DNA from: the human T2T-CHM13v2.0 reference genome, Homo sapiens
DNA: 64,000 bases
Assembly: GCF_009914755.1 (NCBI RefSeq)
Contig: NC_060925.1
Direction: 5' to 3' (one strand)
The notes under the pieces are model-generated. The model worked only from the letters and a program-made list of their open reading frames with translations. It was not told the DNA's origin and searched no databases. Every line of letters begins with the position of its first letter. The first letter of the stretch is position 1. Positions 30,508-64,000 of the stretch are shown here, piece after piece. The position numbers were made by a program, and so were the translations under genes.

Positions 30508-31189
30508 TGATAGTCAGGACTCAATTCCATGTATGTTTCAATTCCAAGATCCATGTTCTTTCCACTGACTCCATAATGCCACTAACTTCGTAAAATTAAT
30601 TGAGAACTCTACTCCTAAACCTTGAAGTCTTAAAAGAACCCCGGGACCTCCACCAATCTCTAGATCAAAAGTCATCAAAATACCTACAAAACAACAGACA
30701 CAGATTCCCTTTTTTCCTCCTTTGATGAAAGGCTGTTTTGGACGAATGGGTACCTCTTGCTCTTCTACTAGACATTACACTTCACCATCTGTTCAAGCAC
30801 GTGAAATAATAAAATGATCTGCATATTTTTAGAAATAATTTTGAATGATAGGATGTGTCTATGGTTGAAATGACATTATATTTGCACTTCAACACAGTTT
30901 ACCGAAATAAATTTTTTTTTCAACTTTCTCACTTGCGATGATGGTGGTAGGAAGGGTATTAAAATCCCTAAACTGAAGGGAAAAAAAAAGTTTTTCTTCG
31001 AAATTTACTTCCAGGACGTCAGGGATCTACTGCACTTGAAATATGATTCATCTGGAAAACCACAGGCTTCCAGTGCCTCGGTAAAGTGGGTAGGTTACCA
31101 GGGTTATTTTGCCGCGTCCCCAACACCAGTTGTTCCTGGGGATCCTCTGTGGAGCAGATAGGTGCCCGTCATAAATGAGACGGTGAATT

Positions 31190-31990
31190 CAGGACTGGCG
31201 GGTGAGGTCTAAAGTGGGAAAGGAACCCAGCAACACCCGCGGTGAGCGGCGGCCGAGAGGCACCTGCCGGGTCCTGCAAGCTGGCGGGAGCTCCGAGAGC
31301 CGGAATGGGGCGCCTCCCTTCCACGCGCCCGCGGAGCACCGGCCTTGGACGGCGGCGGGGCGCACGGCCCGCGCTCGAAGCCCCCCCGGGGGCAGAGGGC
31401 CGGGCTGGCTGGGCCGGGTGGCCCAGGGAAGGGTTCCCGCGGCAAAAGATGCCGGGGCGGGACCCGGTTCCCTCCCTAGCCTTCAGCGGCCCCAGGGGCG
31501 GAGCCTCGCCGAGCTGAGGCCCGAGGGGCGGGGCTTAAGGCCGCGCGAGGAGGGCGCGGTTGCCGGAAATTGAAGAGCCGGGGTTCAGATTCTGACTGCG
31601 GCGGCTCGTCGGGGGAGACTGTGGGTGTAAACGGCCTCCAACCTGCCTCCCTACCTGTCGGCGAGAGAAGAGAGCGGTCCCTGGCTGCAGCACCCGGGAG
31701 CCGCAACGCTGGCACAGCACCGCCTTCCGGTTTCGGCCCTCGGCTGACACTAACTCGCTCGGCTGCTCCGCTGGTTCCATCGCCGCTGCCGCCACAGGCT
31801 CCTCAGCCACGGCTGCGCAGACGCTGTCTCTGCTGGCTCGTTATTCACTGCGCTGGCGCGGCTTGGCAGAGGCGGGGCGGCGAGCGGACGGTCACTATGT
31901 CTCTGCGCAGGCGCCCGCTTCCCCGCTCTGGACTCTACTGCGCAAGCGCCTTCATTCATTGCCTAACCTAAGTGGCTAGGTGTCGGCAGG
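31190..31990. promoter_or_regulatory. RABIF CpG-island promoter
   Basis: CpG-dense. NRF1-like TGCGCAGGCGC (31904-31914) and TGCGCAAGCGC (31939-31949), GC box 31871-31880, ETS-like CCGGAA near 31563. No TATA. Confidence 0.85.
31655..31780 (-). CDS. RABIF: RABIF/MSS4 coding exon 1 (42 aa)
   Basis: MEPAEQPSELVSAEGRNRKAVLCQRCGSRVLQPGTALFSRRQ with donor CAG|GTAGG. Phase-0 join to exon 2 gives the 123-aa MSS4 Rab-interacting factor with two CxxC motifs. Confidence 0.98.
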
Positions 31991-33799
31991 CTTTGTGACA
32001 GGGACACTTCTTGGCACCAGTGACACATCTCCATACCCACCTGGCCACTGGGCTTCACTTAAAACCTAGACAAATCATTAGGTTGACCTTACTGTTTAGT
32101 TTTCTGGGATCTGAATTTAGTCTCCTGAATAAATGGGGACATTATTGGGGGCAATATGAAGGGAATCTGGGTCGGACTTCCCATCAAGTTTTAGCCACAT
32201 TAGCTTCTTCTATAGGAAACTACTTAGAGGGGCATGTATCTTTTCGGTATTGGAAAAAGATGCGTGGAAACTTTAATTGCTGGTCTCTTCTACTCATTGT
32301 GACCATTTACTATGCGGCAAAATGTGTCAAAGCGCCTTTAGAAACTTACTAAATCATCAGTTTCCTTACGGGGTCGGCACGCTTGTGCACAAAATGAGAA
32401 AGGTAAAGATCAGAAAGGTTGCAGCACAACTCTAAAGCCACTGCTCTTAATTAACTAGGATTGTCAGGAAAGCAAGATTATTTCAGACAGAACAGTATTA
32501 TATATGAACAAGGGTGAGAACAAATTTAGGAATGGTTAGTAGACCACTGTGGCTGACCCACATTACACGTGGGGAGAAGTGATAGTAGAGGTAGGTAAGG
32601 CAGAGTGGGCCCAGAGCTCCATGGCTTTAATGTCATGCTAAGGAATTTAACATTAATAACATGAACAATGGGAATCTGTGGAATTTTAGGCCAGAAATAA
32701 CTGTTCGATATTTACTGTCTGCTGTATGTTAAGCACTGTAATGATCCTATCTGTGCTTCAGAAAGATAACCTATGAATAAATAGAGGGGCTAGATTGAAG
32801 AGAGGAAAAAGAGTAGAGGTAAGGTATCAGGTAGCTATTACCTCATCAGTCTAGCTCAGAAAGGCCCTGAAGCTAGCAGAGGGAACAAAGATATGGGAAT
32901 GGACTTGAAACAATTAAAATTGTACAGAACTTAGAAACTAGCTGGATGTCTGTATTGTGATGGGGGTGACACAAAGCAACTGCTGGTTTTCCCAGGTTAG
33001 ATAACTAAGTAGCTGGTTGCCAGTTATGGGAGCTTAAAAAAATAAGATGAACCACCAAATTAGGGGTATCTCTGTGTATGTATGTGAGCACATGAAAGTG
33101 TGTACGATTGTGAAGAGTGAAAAAGGAGCTGTTTTACGTGTTGATTTTTCTGTGGAACATACCATTGTGGCTTCAGTGTATGAACTATTTGTGAAGTTGG
33201 TCTGAAACTCATTAGTCAGCACTGAAGACAGCATAGGAGCCATCAGTCCTTCACCCTCCCCTGGATCTCTTCCTGAGATAGGAAAAGTCACGTTTTATAG
33301 GCTTTGGTTTAATTAGCATGCGCAATCCATCTGCCAAAGTTGGTAGGCATCTTTTAAGGAAAATAACTTCCTCATGTGGCTCCTCCTTCCTTTTGCTCTG
33401 GAAGCATCAGGACTGTTTCAGTTTTGCAGGCCTTCCGCATAGCTGTTTATATCACATGCCACAATTCAAAGCAAATGGAAAAAAGGACTGGTGTGACTGA
33501 AACCCTGAAATTCAAGCGCGTGCTAAGTGAATTCAAGATCTTTTCTGTATTCCTTTTTCAAGTAACTCCAAGCGTCAGAGGGGCTAATGAATATGGCAAA
33601 TCAGGTAAATATTTTACTGACGAGAATCTCCAAAGTGTAAAGTGGCTACCTCTTACCTGTGTCTAACATAGAAATAGCGGAACTAGTTGGCAAACACACA
33701 AGATGAACAGCTTGAAGAGACAGGAGCTACGGCTGATCCCTACATCTTTCCCTCCCAAATATCTACTAAAGGCAATGTTGGTTAGCCACAAACTCTCGG

Positions 33800-35216
33800 C
33801 ATTTGAGACCGTTGATTTTTAATATTTTCTTAAAAAAATACAAAGGAAATTAACTCTGTAGGTCAATACAACTCAGGGAAAGAGGGAAAAATGGAATTTC
33901 AGAGCAAAGGTTGTTTAGGTTATCACATTCCCACACTCCTAATACCCACAAAACAAGAATTTCACTCCATGACACAGAGGAACATTGAATGGTAGCTCAG
34001 AAATGTTGATAGCTGAGGTACTGAAACTAACAAAAGGATTTTGGTTGTCCTTGATTATTCTGTCCTGTGATGAATAAAATCTACACTAAAGGACAGGTAA
34101 GGAAAACTTATAGCAGAAAAAAGACTAGATGTACCAAACACAGCAGTACAAACCACTCCTTGGCAGACATGTGCTTCTAAAAGAATGGGGCAGTAATCAG
34201 GTAGCTGAACTACTAGGCTACTGTCACTCCCAGCCCATCCCCAAATAAATAGTGTGGAAGTGTAATAGTGTAGTAGTATTTGATCCAACAAAGAAAGGCT
34301 TTCACCCCCATTCAAGGCAAACATTGCCATGGCTAGATGAGCCCTGGCAGGTAATAAGATGACTGTAAAATCACAGGTTCTTCTAGTTTATCCCCAGTTA
34401 TACTGAACTCCCACATTGATGTCATCTTCTCTCATCCCAACATTTGTTCACTCTTTTATGCTGTCTCCAGTGCGAAAGACCTCGGGGAAATAAAAAGATC
34501 CTTCAAATAATATACCCTTCTCAGTCTTCCAGGTTATGTAATACTTCAGTGCTGTTCTAGGTTCACTCACAATCAAATTCAGTTTAATTCACTTAATTCT
34601 AACTTCAATTCTGATATACAAATCCTGACCTCCAAAAGAAGTGTCAGATGAGTCTCTCTCTCCCTTGTCCCCAAAGTTTTGTGGGGCTCTCCCTTTTGTT
34701 TCCCTCTAGAATGGAACTGTGTTGCCCCTAGCTACCTGTATATGAGAAAATGTAGTTGTTCCTGGAAAAAAAAAAAAAAAGACTTGGATTTTACCAAGTT
34801 TACTTAAACTGGTATCTTTCCAATCATCTAGGCTGGATATTGCCCATATCTAGTAGGCTATACTCACCTTAGTTCTTTGCAACATATGAGGCACAACGTA
34901 CATATAGTACACCAAGCATGTGGTAAGTTAGAAATGACAGGAAAGTGCTCCCCAAAGCAGTGGGAGAGGCAATGTGGTCTCTCACATCCATTCAATGTGC
35001 ATTCTTTTTCCTGGAATATCTGTTACCCACCCTTCTCAGGAACAAGAACCAGGACGACGGGGAGTATGTGTCAAATAAGTACAATCATCACTGCACTGGT
35101 GCCTGTAATCACCCGGTGCACATAGTGAGAAACAGACATTCTGGAAAGGATTTTTGATTCTCCCACTAACTGTCCACTGGACTGGTCACTAGCTCTGGAT
35201 GGTGCTCCAACAATGG
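33800..35216 (-). other. KLHL12: KLHL12 3' UTR
   Basis: Unique sequence after the stop at 35217; candidate poly(A) signal ATTAAA on minus at 33823-33818. Confidence 0.7.
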
Positions 35217-62603
<27,387 letters not shown>

Positions 62604-62638
62604 CTGAAAATTCAAAAGGTATAAAAGAATGATGGTTA

Positions 62639-63276
<638 letters not shown>

Positions 63277-63730
63277 TAGCCAGGATGGTCTCGATCTCCT
63301 CACCTCGTGATCCGCCTGCCTCAGCCTCCCAAAGTGCTGGGATTACAGGCGTGAGCCACCGCGCCCGGCCAATTTTGTTGGATTTTAATAAAGCAAATAT
63401 GGCACATTATCTGTAGCTTTCCAAATGAAGTAGGTAGTTATCTATACGCCAGGAATAAGTAATAGGTAACACCTTCCTGGAATAGTAATTTTGCCAGTGA
63501 ATAACTTTAAAAATCTATTTCATATTAAAATACAGATGTATTTACAGAATAGAATGCAAAAGTTCCATGAACATAACACTGGTCCGTGAACTTTTAAGAT
63601 AAGACACAATATTTCAAAGAAATTTCATGTTCGTAGAGGAGCCTGTGGGTTATAACTCCAGTCTCTCCAGGACTACCTAGTTCCTATCATCTGTCCTTAG
63701 ACTACTTTTTTTTCCCCTTTGTTGAGATAG

Positions 63731-64000
<270 letters not shown>

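Noticed and set aside
30754-30788. Possible 35-nt poison exon in the RABIF intron (AG...TAGTAG...GAG|GTACCC)
   Set aside because: Weak donor and modest pyrimidine tract; not supportable without junction data.
34055-34330. 91-aa hydrophobic ORF in the KLHL12 3' UTR
   Set aside because: No homology recognised and no independent promoter or splice support; compatible with chance.

Overview
Human (primate) genomic DNA, extremely Alu-rich, matching the 1q32.1 RABIF/KLHL12 locus (locus assignment from recognition of the proteins). Left to right: (1) exons 1-3 of an intron-containing alpha-tubulin pseudogene on the minus strand, whose CpG-island promoter (TATA, four CCAAT, GC box) still looks intact and has a plus-strand splice donor, so it may be bidirectional; (2) a decayed class I ERV provirus (about 6.3-14.1 kb, minus strand, two LTRs, integrase and env remnants) containing a second LTR, many Alus, a templated insertion and an apparent retrocopy of a spliced, LTR-terminated RNA; (3) a processed gamma-actin (ACTG1) pseudogene on the plus strand; (4) the complete two-exon RABIF (MSS4) gene on the minus strand, 123 aa; (5) the last ten coding exons and 3' UTR of KLHL12 on the minus strand, with an antisense HNRNPA1 retrocopy and a Y3 RNA retrocopy in one intron. 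Most ORFs in the supplied track are Alu-derived or antisense artefacts. Repeat family names and pseudogene numbers come from memory of consensus sequences, not from a database search. Repeat boundaries are approximate, while exon boundaries were read base by base.
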